Assembly (NCBI GenBank): GCA_964459225.1
Contig: CAYWKB010000001.1
Location: forward strand, 116,140-180,139
Direction of reading: 5' to 3'
DNA: 64,000 bases
From: an uncultured Candidatus Saccharibacteria bacterium
Lineage (GTDB): Bacteria; Patescibacteriota; Minisyncoccia; Phycocordibacterales; PALSA-1337
Part shown: positions 8,714 through 17,380 of the stretch, one piece after another
Position numbering within the stretch: position 1 is the first letter of the stretch
Layout of the letters: each line of letters opens with the position of its first letter
Translations under genes and position numbers: made by a program
The notes under the pieces: model-generated
Told to the model about the DNA's origin: nothing
The model's database searches: none
Seen by the model: the letters and a program-made list of their open reading frames with translations, nothing else

Positions 8714-9550
8714 ATGACAAAATTCGATAAGATTTATAAAGGAATAGTCGAAAATATAATGAATAATGGTATTGAAGAATACAGCGAAAGAACCAAGTAC
8801 AATACAAAGTCATTGCCTGGGGTGCATTTTTCAATTGATCTAGAAAAAGATGGTCTGCCATTATTAACTCTTAGGAAAATACCAATAAAAATGTTTGTTG
8901 CAGAACAGATATGGTTCCTTTCTGGATCAAGAAAACCGGAAATATTTCTTAGAGATTACACCAAAATATGGGATATATTTACAAATCCAGGTGACGTCGT
9001 GACAGTTGCTTATGGATATAGATGGAGAAAGCACTTCGGAAGGGATCAAATAGAATTATTGATTGATTTATTAGAAAAAGAACCCAGCTCTAGACAGGGT
9101 GTGATAATTACATGGGATCCAGCTCAAGATGGTTTATCATTATTTAAAAAGAAAAATGTACCATGTCCTTTTGCTTTTACTGTGAATATAATTGGCGGAA
9201 GATTGCATTTACATAATATTGTAAGATCAAATGATGTAATACTTGGACTACCGTCAGATGTTGCTGGTTTTGCTTTACTACAGTTAATACTGTCACAAAG
9301 ATTAAAAGTAAGACCAGGAATATACTCTCATTCAATATCAAATGCTCATATATATAGCAATCACTATTCTGGAGCCGAGGAGTTACTAAAGAGAGATCAT
9401 GAACATAATGAAATTTTTGTTAATTTACCTGAAAATTCATATGAAAAATCAGTATCAATGGACAAATCTTTTGCAGATAATCTGGTAGAAGACATTGTAA
9501 AGCAGTATAATCCTATGGAAGCAATCAGTGGATTAAAAATAGCACCATAA
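8714..9550 (+). CDS. thyA: thymidylate synthase family protein with dCMP-type active site (C151, P152, D182)
   Basis: PLLTLRK, EQIWFLSG, AYGYRWR, DQI, SSRQ, PC, RSND, HIY.NH; Asp at the position of E. coli Asn177. Confidence 0.9.
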   Translation: MTKFDKIYKGIVENIMNNGIEEYSERTKYNTKSLPGVHFSIDLEKDGLPLLTLRKIPIKMFVAEQIWFLSGSRKPEIFLRDYTKIWDIFTNPGDVVTVAYGYRWRKHFGRDQIELLIDLLEKEPSSRQGVIITWDPAQDGLSLFKKKNVPCPFAFTVNIIGGRLHLHNIVRSNDVILGLPSDVAGFALLQLILSQRLKVRPGIYSHSISNAHIYSNHYSGAEELLKRDHEHNEIFVNLPENSYEKSVSMDKSFADNLVEDIVKQYNPMEAISGLKIAP

Positions 9551-9552
9551 CC

Positions 9553-10179
9553 ATGGCAATAATAACAAAAAATCAAATATTAGATTTAATTAAAAAAGGA
9601 GATATAAGTTTTAAGCCTGATCTAGATTTTTTTCAATTACAAGGTCACTCCGTAGACTTACGTTTAGGTTTTACTTTTATGATTCCAAAATCATGGCATA
9701 TAACAACAAATGGTAGAGAATCTTTAGATATTACACATTTCGATAAAAATTCTAGAGATCAATTTGAAATTGTCGAACTGGAAGAAGGTCAGCATTTTGA
9801 CCTATTACCAAACGAATATGTTTTAATATCAACATTAGAATCAATTAAAATACCGGATTATTTAATGGCTATACTTTATCCAAGATCATCAACAAATAGA
9901 AAAGGTATGTCACTGGATTTAACTGGAATTATTGACGCGGGTTATGAAGGGCAGCTAATACTACCAGTACGAAATAATACTCATTCACAAGTTGTTAGAC
10001 TATTTCCCGGTGAAAGATTATGCCAAGTAGTCTTTGAAGAGTTAAAAGAGAGGGTTGAGCATAAGAGTAAATATCATAAGAGAGATATAATAGATGGTTC
10101 ACAAAAAGAGAGAACCGGAGAAGTTGATTATATAATGAAAGGAGATATAAAAGGTTTAAAGAATAATCATAAAATATAA
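9553..10179 (+). CDS. dcd: dCTP deaminase-like trimeric protein lacking the catalytic Glu
   Basis: SVDLRLG, TLESI.IP, PRSS..R.G, IDAGYEG, PGERLCQVVF; LPVRN where family has LE..N. Confidence 0.8.
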   Translation: MAIITKNQILDLIKKGDISFKPDLDFFQLQGHSVDLRLGFTFMIPKSWHITTNGRESLDITHFDKNSRDQFEIVELEEGQHFDLLPNEYVLISTLESIKIPDYLMAILYPRSSTNRKGMSLDLTGIIDAGYEGQLILPVRNNTHSQVVRLFPGERLCQVVFEELKERVEHKSKYHKRDIIDGSQKERTGEVDYIMKGDIKGLKNNHKI

Positions 10180-10185
10180 ATTAAC

Positions 10186-10719
10186 ATGCCCAAAGTCTTT
10201 ATAATAGCAGCAATTTCAGCAGATGGTTTCATAGCAAAGGATGATAAACATAGTCCTATGTATTGGACTGGAAAAGCAGATAAAAAAAGATTTATAGAAT
10301 TAACAAAAAGAGCTGGTGTTGTAGTAATGGGTTCTTCTACATACAAAACCATAGGAACTCCACTTAAGGAGAGAGTAAATATAGTCTATTCAAGAAATCA
10401 GAAATTCGACGGTGTTGAAATGACAAATGATAATCCAAGAGAATTAATACAAAAACTCGGTGAGAGAGGATTTAAAGAAATTGCAATTTGTGGTGGTTCT
10501 AATATTTATACTATGTTTATGAAAGCAGGAGTTGTCGATACTGTTTATTTAACTATTGAACCGATAATGTTTGGTAAAGGTATTCCCCTTTTTATTGATG
10601 ATTTGCATTATTTATTAAAATTAAAATCATCACAAATATCAGAGGAGACTGGATCATTGCTCCTTGAATACTCAGTGGACTACACAGGAACACCAAAATT
10701 TAAGAATGATAATAGATAA
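10186..10719 (+). CDS. folA: dihydrofolate reductase
   Basis: AISADGFIA, W...AD...F, VVMG..TY, PL.ER.NIV.SR, ICGG..IY. Confidence 0.88.
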   Translation: MPKVFIIAAISADGFIAKDDKHSPMYWTGKADKKRFIELTKRAGVVVMGSSTYKTIGTPLKERVNIVYSRNQKFDGVEMTNDNPRELIQKLGERGFKEIAICGGSNIYTMFMKAGVVDTVYLTIEPIMFGKGIPLFIDDLHYLLKLKSSQISEETGSLLLEYSVDYTGTPKFKNDNR

Positions 10720-10727
10720 ATTAAGAT

Positions 10728-10767
10728 AACAAAAAAGACTGAGGTTTGATTCTCAGTCTTTTTTGTT
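10728..10767. terminator. bidirectional terminator between folA and rplK
   Basis: AACAAAAAAGACTGAG / CTCAGTCTTTTTTGTT perfect inverted repeat. Confidence 0.85.
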
Positions 10768-11189
10768 TATTTTACATCTACTCCTAGTGATTTACATGAA
10801 CCTTCTATAATCTTCATTGCTGCCTCTATAGTGCTTGCATTTAGGTCTGGCATTTTCCTTTCTGCTATTGCTCTTACTTGAGCTTTAGTGATTGTTCCTG
10901 CCTTTTTGACTGCATGTTTTCCTGCACCCTTTTCTACTCCTATTGCTTTAAGAATTAAGAAACTTGCTGGAGGAGTCTTAAGTACAAAGTCATATGATCT
11001 GTCATCATAAACTGTTATGACAACAGGTATCATATCTCCCATCATACCCTTTGTTGCATCATTGAACTTTTTAGTGAAATCTCCAATATTAACACCCGCC
11101 TGACCAAGTGTTGGTCCAAGTGGTGGAGCTGGAGTTGCCTTTCCTGCTGGTGCTATTACCTTTACTTTTTTAATTATTTTTTTAGCCAT
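10767..11189 (-). CDS. rplK: 50S ribosomal protein L11
   Basis: AGKATPAPPLGPTLGQAGVNI, KTPPAS, KMPDLNA. Confidence 0.97.
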   Translation of the reverse strand: MAKKIIKKVKVIAPAGKATPAPPLGPTLGQAGVNIGDFTKKFNDATKGMMGDMIPVVITVYDDRSYDFVLKTPPASFLILKAIGVEKGAGKHAVKKAGTITKAQVRAIAERKMPDLNASTIEAAMKIIEGSCKSLGVDVK

Positions 11190-11244
11190 TTTATTGTATT
11201 ATTTGATATTTTCCTCTAGAAGCACGAGGTAATAAGATACTATA

Positions 11245-11790
11245 TTAAATCTTCTTAACTTGCAAGAAATCAAGTTCTACTGGTGTTTCTCGACCAAACA
11301 TTGATACAAGAACCTTCACCTTACCACGACTATCATCTACTTCACTTACTTTTCCTTCAAGATCTTTAAATGGACCATCTGTAATCTTAACTGTCTCGTC
11401 TTTAACTAGATCTATTGTATGCTTTACCTCATCTTTATTCATACGAGCAAAGAGTGACTCTGCCTCCTTTTTATCTAGTGGAACTGGGAATACTCCTGAA
11501 CCGACAAAGCCAGTAACTCGAGGTGTGTTACGAACAACAAACCATGAATCATCATTAACTATCATATCTACAAGTACATATCCTGGATATATTTTTTCCT
11601 CTTCTTCAACTCTCTTTCCTCCCTTTATTTTTATCTTTTTTTCTGTTGGAACAATAACATTAAATATTCTGTCTTCCATTCCTAGAGATTCTATTCTCTG
11701 TTTTAGATTTCTCGCTACTGCATTTTCGTATCCTGCATATGTATGTATTGCATACCAATTCCTCTCGCCTCCTGCTTGTTGTTTTGACAT
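11245..11790 (-). CDS. nusG: transcription factor NusG
   Basis: [33 protein letters not shown] motif, [10 protein letters not shown]. Confidence 0.97.
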   Translation of the reverse strand: MSKQQAGGERNWYAIHTYAGYENAVARNLKQRIESLGMEDRIFNVIVPTEKKIKIKGGKRVEEEEKIYPGYVLVDMIVNDDSWFVVRNTPRVTGFVGSGVFPVPLDKKEAESLFARMNKDEVKHTIDLVKDETVKITDGPFKDLEGKVSEVDDSRGKVKVLVSMFGRETPVELDFLQVKKI

Positions 11791-11799
11791 AATTTTAAA

Positions 11800-11976
11800 T
11801 TAAATAAATAGAGTTAATAATCTTCCAAAGATATAATCAGACAATCCAAGCATAAGGGCAACACCGACAGAAACTACAACTACAGCAATAGAATAAAATA
11901 TTGCTTGCTTTCTTGTTGGCCATGTTACATGTTCCATTTCACTTCTTGTATCCTTTATGTATTCTGTGATTTTCAT
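11800..11976 (-). CDS. secE: preprotein translocase subunit SecE (58 aa, below ORF-track cutoff)
   Basis: Manual translation MKITEYIKDTRSEMEHVTWPTRKQAIFYSIAVVVVSVGVALMLGLSDYIFGRLLTLFI; E...V.WP motif plus TM; upstream of nusG. Confidence 0.93.
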   Translation of the reverse strand: MKITEYIKDTRSEMEHVTWPTRKQAIFYSIAVVVVSVGVALMLGLSDYIFGRLLTLFI

Positions 11977-12002
11977 ATTATTTGATTATATCGATTTGTA
12001 TT

Positions 12003-12059
12003 AAAAAACCCCGAACGGGGTGATAGATACATACTACCACCATTACAATATATAGTCAA
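12003..12059 (-). promoter_or_regulatory. secE-nusG-rplK promoter followed by leader terminator-like hairpin
   Basis: TTGACT (12059-12054), 17 nt, TGG-TAGTAT (12036-12031), then CCCC-GTTC-GGGG-TTTTTT. Confidence 0.55.
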
Positions 12060-12106
12060 CAAAAGAAAAAAGGCCTTTTGATTGACCTTTTTCCTATATT
12101 TTATTT

Positions 12107-12895
12107 TTATTTAATTTCGTATCCTATACTTACTGACGCTGTGACTTTTTGTTCTCCCTTTGGTATTTCTGGAGCAATACTTGCCTTCATAATACCAGTG
12201 TCCGCACTCATTCCCTCTCTTGCATACATTGGATATACTTCATCACTTGAATCATAATAACTTGTAATCTTTACTAATTTAACTCCCAAACTCTTTGCTA
12301 TTTTTTCTGCTTTTTCCTTTGCATTTGCAATAGCTATTTGTCTTGCTTTTTCCTTTACAACATCTATATCATCGATTGCAAAAGTTAAACCATTAACTGT
12401 TTTGATTCCTGCATTTCCAATTGAATCAAATAGTTCTCCTGCTTTTTCTAAATCACGAATCTTTACCTCTATTGTTTGTGATACATCATATCCAGATTGA
12501 ACTGACTTACCACCTGTACATCCGTATTGTGAACATATACCTTGTTCGTATTCATAGTGAGGATTAATAGAATATGAAATTGTCTTTATATCCTTATCAG
12601 CCACACCTCCTGATCTAATAACTTTTAATGCTGTGTTTGTTTTTTCGGTTGCTTTATTTTGTGCTTCCTTTACTGTCTTAGCATTTTCATTTACAGAAAA
12701 AGAAAATGTAGCGATATCAGGTATTGATATAGCTTCACCCTTACCTGTTACACTAATATTACTTAGAGATGGGAAATCACCTTTGCCTACGTATTTTATT
12801 GATATTATTTCTTTAATAGAAATAACAGCCAAAAATACAGTGAGTGCAATGCCCGCCCATTTACCTATTTTCCAAATATTTTCTTGATTATTCAT
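12107..12895 (-). CDS. SIMPL (DUF541/YggE) domain protein
   Basis: N-terminal TM, ISVTGKGE...PDIA, AR..A..NAK.KAE..A..LGV.L. Confidence 0.88.
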   Translation of the reverse strand: MNNQENIWKIGKWAGIALTVFLAVISIKEIISIKYVGKGDFPSLSNISVTGKGEAISIPDIATFSFSVNENAKTVKEAQNKATEKTNTALKVIRSGGVADKDIKTISYSINPHYEYEQGICSQYGCTGGKSVQSGYDVSQTIEVKIRDLEKAGELFDSIGNAGIKTVNGLTFAIDDIDVVKEKARQIAIANAKEKAEKIAKSLGVKLVKITSYYDSSDEVYPMYAREGMSADTGIMKASIAPEIPKGEQKVTASVSIGYEIK

Positions 12896-12916
12896 TGTAT
12901 TTATATTATTAATTTA

Positions 12917-13726
12917 TTAAGATTTATTATCATTATAACACGCATCCACTAGGTTCTCAAAAAGTGACAGGACAGTCATCTGCCCCACACCCCCTGGAAC
13001 TGGTGTGATTGCTGAAACAGTATTTTTAACTTTTTCAAAATTTACATCCCCTACTATTCCTTTTTCTACTCTATTTATCCCTACATCTATTATTATTTGA
13101 CCTTCACTTATATATTTATCATCTATTAACTCTGGCTGACCGATAGCAATAATTAATATTTCTGCATTTTTTGATTTGATTTGATTGTCTATTGTTTTAC
13201 TATCACAAACAGTTACATTGGCACCTCTCGTTACACACATTTTTGCTATTGGAGTACCTACTAATTTTGATTTTCCTAATACTGTGACTTTTTTATCTTT
13301 TATTTTAATATTGTAAAAATCAAAAAGCTCTGAAATTCCCCTTGCAGTGGCAGGAACAAATTTTGTATTTGAAGTTAGTCCATCGACATCCTTTTTTGAA
13401 TCAATTGTCTCTATAATCAAATCAGGATTTAAATGTTTAGGTAGTGGAAGCTGAACTATTATTCCTTGTACACCTTTATCTTCATTGTACTTTTTAATTA
13501 CTGAAATAACTTCTTCTTGCTCGACATTTTCTGGTAAATTTACATGAATTTCATTTATCCCAACTTTATTTGCAAATATCTTTTTTGATTTAATAAATGA
13601 ATCAGAATCAGGCCTATTGCCTACTTGTATGATAACTAGGCAAGGCACAATAGAAAGCCTCTTAACTTTATCTATGAGTACAGCCACATAATGACTTTTT
13701 GCTATTCTTCCGTCGAGTATTTGCAT
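12917..13726 (-). CDS. folD: methylenetetrahydrofolate dehydrogenase/cyclohydrolase
   Basis: ILDG, GIIVQLPLP, KDVDGL, IDVGIN, GDV, ITPVPGGVG.MTV. Confidence 0.93.
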   Translation of the reverse strand: MQILDGRIAKSHYVAVLIDKVKRLSIVPCLVIIQVGNRPDSDSFIKSKKIFANKVGINEIHVNLPENVEQEEVISVIKKYNEDKGVQGIIVQLPLPKHLNPDLIIETIDSKKDVDGLTSNTKFVPATARGISELFDFYNIKIKDKKVTVLGKSKLVGTPIAKMCVTRGANVTVCDSKTIDNQIKSKNAEILIIAIGQPELIDDKYISEGQIIIDVGINRVEKGIVGDVNFEKVKNTVSAITPVPGGVGQMTVLSLFENLVDACYNDNKS

Positions 13727-13735
13727 TGAGTTACA

Positions 13736-14392
13736 TTACCACGTTTTTTCTGGTATTTCTAGGGTTATTGTTTTCCTCTCATCTGTTGTTGCTGTATCAA
13801 ATGTAAGCGAGGTGGCAGTAAGTGCAATCTTTTGATCTGGTAATTTGATTTTTGAACCATACTTTGTGTCCCCAACTATCACATGACCGATATGTGAAAG
13901 TTGTGCACGTATCTGATGTTGTCTACCTGTTTTTAATTTTATTTTTAATAGTGAAAAAACTCCTTCAGATTTAACTAATTCATAACTTAATTCAGCCAAA
14001 TCCCCTCTTTTATCATTCATATCAAAAACCTGAGTGTAGTTTTGATTATCATCATGTAGTAAATAATTAATTAATTTTTTATTTTTATCTTTTGGAATTC
14101 CTGAAACCCATGCATGATATGTTTTTTCAACTGTATGCAATCTAAATTGTTCTGACAATCTACTGGCACCCTTACTAGTCTTTGCAAAAAGCACAATACC
14201 GTCAACATTTCTATCCAGTCTATGTATAAGACCTAGAAAAACATTTCCCGGTTTATCATACTTTTTCTTCAAATACATTTTTACTTCTTCGAGCATGGAA
14301 ATATCACCACTTTTATCTCCTTGAACAAGAGTGCCCGCAGGTTTGTAAACTGCTATTAAATGATTGTCTTCGTAAACTACTTTTATGTCCAT
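13736..14392 (-). CDS. RluA family pseudouridine synthase
   Basis: VYED..LIAVYKPAG, HRLDR, TGRQHQIRAQL...GH..VGD.KYG. Confidence 0.92.
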   Translation of the reverse strand: MDIKVVYEDNHLIAVYKPAGTLVQGDKSGDISMLEEVKMYLKKKYDKPGNVFLGLIHRLDRNVDGIVLFAKTSKGASRLSEQFRLHTVEKTYHAWVSGIPKDKNKKLINYLLHDDNQNYTQVFDMNDKRGDLAELSYELVKSEGVFSLLKIKLKTGRQHQIRAQLSHIGHVIVGDTKYGSKIKLPDQKIALTATSLTFDTATTDERKTITLEIPEKTW

Positions 14393-14393
14393 A

Positions 14394-15278
14394 TTATTTA
14401 CTCCACCTTGCAGATATTCCGCATGGTAATAATCTTCCTCCATCACTTTCCTCTATTGCCAACTCACCTATTTCTATATTCCCACCAAATTTATCTACAA
14501 GTGAACTTAATACATTTTGATATGCAATTGATGAATATCCAGCTGAATATCCGTTAATTATAAAAAATAGTGGTTTATCTGCTAAAAGTTTTATGCAATT
14601 TTGAACTAAATCAAGGAAATGTTCTTCTATTTTCCATATCTCTTTGTTGGCTCCATGACCAAATGCTGGTGGATCCATTATTATGGCATCGTATTTATTT
14701 CCTCTCTTTAATTCTCTACCCACGAAAACTCTCGCATCTTCCAATATCCACCTAATTGGCTTATCGGATAATTTAGAAATTTCTGCATTTTCCCTTGCCC
14801 ATGTTATAGCAGACTTTGATCCATCGACATGTACAACCTTTGCACCAACCTGTGCACAAGCAAGACTTGCTCCACCTGTATATCCAAAGAGATTAAGCAC
14901 TTGTATATCATCATTACTTTTTGATTTTTCGTCTTTAATTAAATTTCTCATCCAAGACCAATTAACACTTTGTTCAGGGAAAAGTCCTGTATGTTTAAAC
15001 GCAGTTGGTTTAATCCAAAATTTAAGTTCAGAAAAATCAATTTGCCATTTTTCGATTTTACCATTTTTTGATTTCCATTCACCTTCTTGCTCATGTCTTA
15101 TGAAATTTGCATTTGCATTTTTCCATTCTGCTTCATTTTTATTTTTATTCCATAGAGCTTGTGGGTCTGGGCGTGACAAGACAACATCGCCAAATCTTTC
15201 GAGTTTTTCACCTTGACCTGAATCAATTAGTTCATAGTCCTTGCTCTTATTTGTTATTAATATATTAATTGATTTCAT
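14394..15278 (-). CDS. SAM-dependent methyltransferase (RlmI/RlmK-like)
   Basis: YELIDSG.GEKLERFG, KHTGLFPEQ, LNLFGYTGG, IIMDPPAF. Confidence 0.88.
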   Translation of the reverse strand: MKSINILITNKSKDYELIDSGQGEKLERFGDVVLSRPDPQALWNKNKNEAEWKNANANFIRHEQEGEWKSKNGKIEKWQIDFSELKFWIKPTAFKHTGLFPEQSVNWSWMRNLIKDEKSKSNDDIQVLNLFGYTGGASLACAQVGAKVVHVDGSKSAITWARENAEISKLSDKPIRWILEDARVFVGRELKRGNKYDAIIMDPPAFGHGANKEIWKIEEHFLDLVQNCIKLLADKPLFFIINGYSAGYSSIAYQNVLSSLVDKFGGNIEIGELAIEESDGGRLLPCGISARWSK

Positions 15279-15741
15279 TTAATTTATATTTCCTAATCGA
15301 ATACACCGCGGTGATAAATATAGCCGTAGAAGAAATTGCAGATACCACACAATACGGACAAAAAGCCTTTATAATAAATAACTGGAGAAATGAAAACCAA
15401 ATAGCAGACAATAGTCCTATAAACGAAATCATCATTGGAAATCTTAAATATTTTTCTTTTTTTGTATCTAGAAAAATAAAAACAGAAAACAGTATTGCAA
15501 GATAATAAATAGCTCCCATTAATGCTACTGGTATGCCAAATATCTTTGCATATGAACTACTCAAAACCGATTCACATCCGCCGATTGTACATGGAGGAAT
15601 AACATTTTGATAATGCTTTACAGTGAGGAAAGTTGCATCAGAAAATCCGATAATAGCAAATAGCAATATTATTATCGGTATGTACTTAGGGATTATTTGC
15701 AGATTTAGCTGCGTCTTTAATACGTTGTCTAAAATCTTCAT
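15265..15741 (-). CDS. vitamin K epoxide reductase (VKOR) family protein
   Basis: C....C..VL.S.YA..FG.PVA..G, CPYC in TM; follows DsbA. Confidence 0.9.
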   Translation of the reverse strand: MKILDNVLKTQLNLQIIPKYIPIIILLFAIIGFSDATFLTVKHYQNVIPPCTIGGCESVLSSSYAKIFGIPVALMGAIYYLAILFSVFIFLDTKKEKYLRFPMMISFIGLLSAIWFSFLQLFIIKAFCPYCVVSAISSTAIFITAVYSIRKYKLNEIN

Positions 15742-16339
15742 ATGATTTAATGTTTTCAGCTTTTACGCCATTAATATAAAATGTTGGTGTACTGTTTATA
15801 CCTGCCTTTATACCACTCTTTTGATCAGCATTTACCTTATTTATAACTTCTGCTGAATCGTAGTCGGTATTGTACTTTACAATATCAAGTTTTAACTCTT
15901 TTGCATAACTTTCAAAAATAGTTTTAGCTGTTCTTGAATTTTCCCAATTTTTCTGATTTTTAAATATCAAGCGATACATTTCCCAAAACTTACCTTGCTT
16001 GCCAGCCGACTCAGCTGCGCGTGACGCAGGTATTGCATTTGCATGTTGTTGTAACGGGAAATGTCTGTATACAAATGCTATATTTGCCTCGTCAGATAAT
16101 ATTTGTTCAACTATAGGGAAATAGTAGGCACAAGCAGGACATTGGAAATCACTATATTCTATAACTGTAACAGGAGCATTTTTGTCTCCAATCAACCAAT
16201 CATTGTCTACAACCTTATCGGGTGTTGCTATATTTGCACTTTCCTTTTCTGCTTTATTTGCAGCAGCAATCATTCCCCATATTATAAGTCCAATAATAAT
16301 GATAAAAATTGACCAATTCAGTATTCTTTTTGTATTCAT
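15686..16339 (-). CDS. DsbA-like thioredoxin
   Basis: N-terminal TM, EYSDFQCPAC, YRHFPL, GINSTPTFYING. Confidence 0.92.
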   Translation of the reverse strand: MNTKRILNWSIFIIIIGLIIWGMIAAANKAEKESANIATPDKVVDNDWLIGDKNAPVTVIEYSDFQCPACAYYFPIVEQILSDEANIAFVYRHFPLQQHANAIPASRAAESAGKQGKFWEMYRLIFKNQKNWENSRTAKTIFESYAKELKLDIVKYNTDYDSAEVINKVNADQKSGIKAGINSTPTFYINGVKAENIKSYEDFRQRIKDAAKSANNP

Positions 16340-16346
16340 AAAAACA

Positions 16347-16913
16347 TTATAGCAGATGTGAGAATTCAATCAAAAGGAATATTCCTATCATATTCATAAT
16401 CAAAGTTACGGGGATTAATACTATTAATTTAACTTTTGACATGCCGAGTAGGGTTATACCAAATTCATCAGGCAATGGTGAAGCTATTATTATGGCCCCG
16501 AGGAAAGGTGACAACCATTTTAGAAAACCAAAATGAAATGATCTCAAAATATGCTTTACCTTTGATGGCTTAATTGCACTCATTAAATCTTTTGCAAATC
16601 TGTCCTTTATAAAAAAGTAAAGTATCATATCACCACACATAGCACCTATACCTCCCCACACAACCACACCCAATATCGGTGATGTCTGTGAAATATGCAC
16701 CAAGCCGATAGATGCAGGTGCCAAGGTAAATGCAGAAGTAAAAAATAATCCCGCAACAAAACTTGATAGTATATAGTAATCTCTAAAGGCAAGTACAATA
16801 TAATCTATTACACCAATATCAGAAAGGAAAACAGCAACAATCAATCCAGCGGAAATCATCAAGACATCATATAGCAACGCATATGCATTTTTCTTTTTTA
16901 TTCTTTTAGGCAT
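16347..16913 (-). CDS. membrane protein (VTT/DedA-like)
   Basis: Multiple TM segments, GAMCGD, SPLPDE motif; start at MPKR. Confidence 0.6.
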   Translation of the reverse strand: MPKRIKKKNAYALLYDVLMISAGLIVAVFLSDIGVIDYIVLAFRDYYILSSFVAGLFFTSAFTLAPASIGLVHISQTSPILGVVVWGGIGAMCGDMILYFFIKDRFAKDLMSAIKPSKVKHILRSFHFGFLKWLSPFLGAIIIASPLPDEFGITLLGMSKVKLIVLIPVTLIMNMIGIFLLIEFSHLL

Positions 16914-17349
16914 GATGATATTTTTCACCTTTAATAATTGTAAATGCTCTGTATAATTGTTCAGCCAAAATACCTCTAACCAATTCATGCGGGAAAACTA
17001 AATTTGATAATGAAATAGTTGTATTTACTTTTTCTTTTACAATTTCATTTACACCATATGAACCACCTATTATAAATACAAGATTTTTAACACTTTCATT
17101 TAATCTTTTTTCAATAAAATTAGAAAATTCTATAGAATTAAAAGTCTTTCCTCTTTCATCCAAAAGTACAATATGAGAATTATCCGGTATAGCTTTTATT
17201 ATTTTTTCACCCTCGTCTTTCATATCCCCTGATTGAATATATTTCCAATCAATTGATGTATAGTGCACTAGTCTATTTGTATATTCAATTACAATCTCCT
17301 CACTCAAAAAGTTTTTAGATTTCCCAGGAGAAACAACTATTATATTCAT
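16906..17349 (-). CDS. rlmH: 23S rRNA m3Psi1915 methyltransferase
   Basis: LDERGK, FIIGGSYG, FPHEL.R.IL.EQLYRA.TI..G..YH. Confidence 0.95.
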   Translation of the reverse strand: MNIIVVSPGKSKNFLSEEIVIEYTNRLVHYTSIDWKYIQSGDMKDEGEKIIKAIPDNSHIVLLDERGKTFNSIEFSNFIEKRLNESVKNLVFIIGGSYGVNEIVKEKVNTTISLSNLVFPHELVRGILAEQLYRAFTIIKGEKYHHA

Positions 17350-17380
17350 AAGCAAATTATATCATGTTAATGATAGTCTT

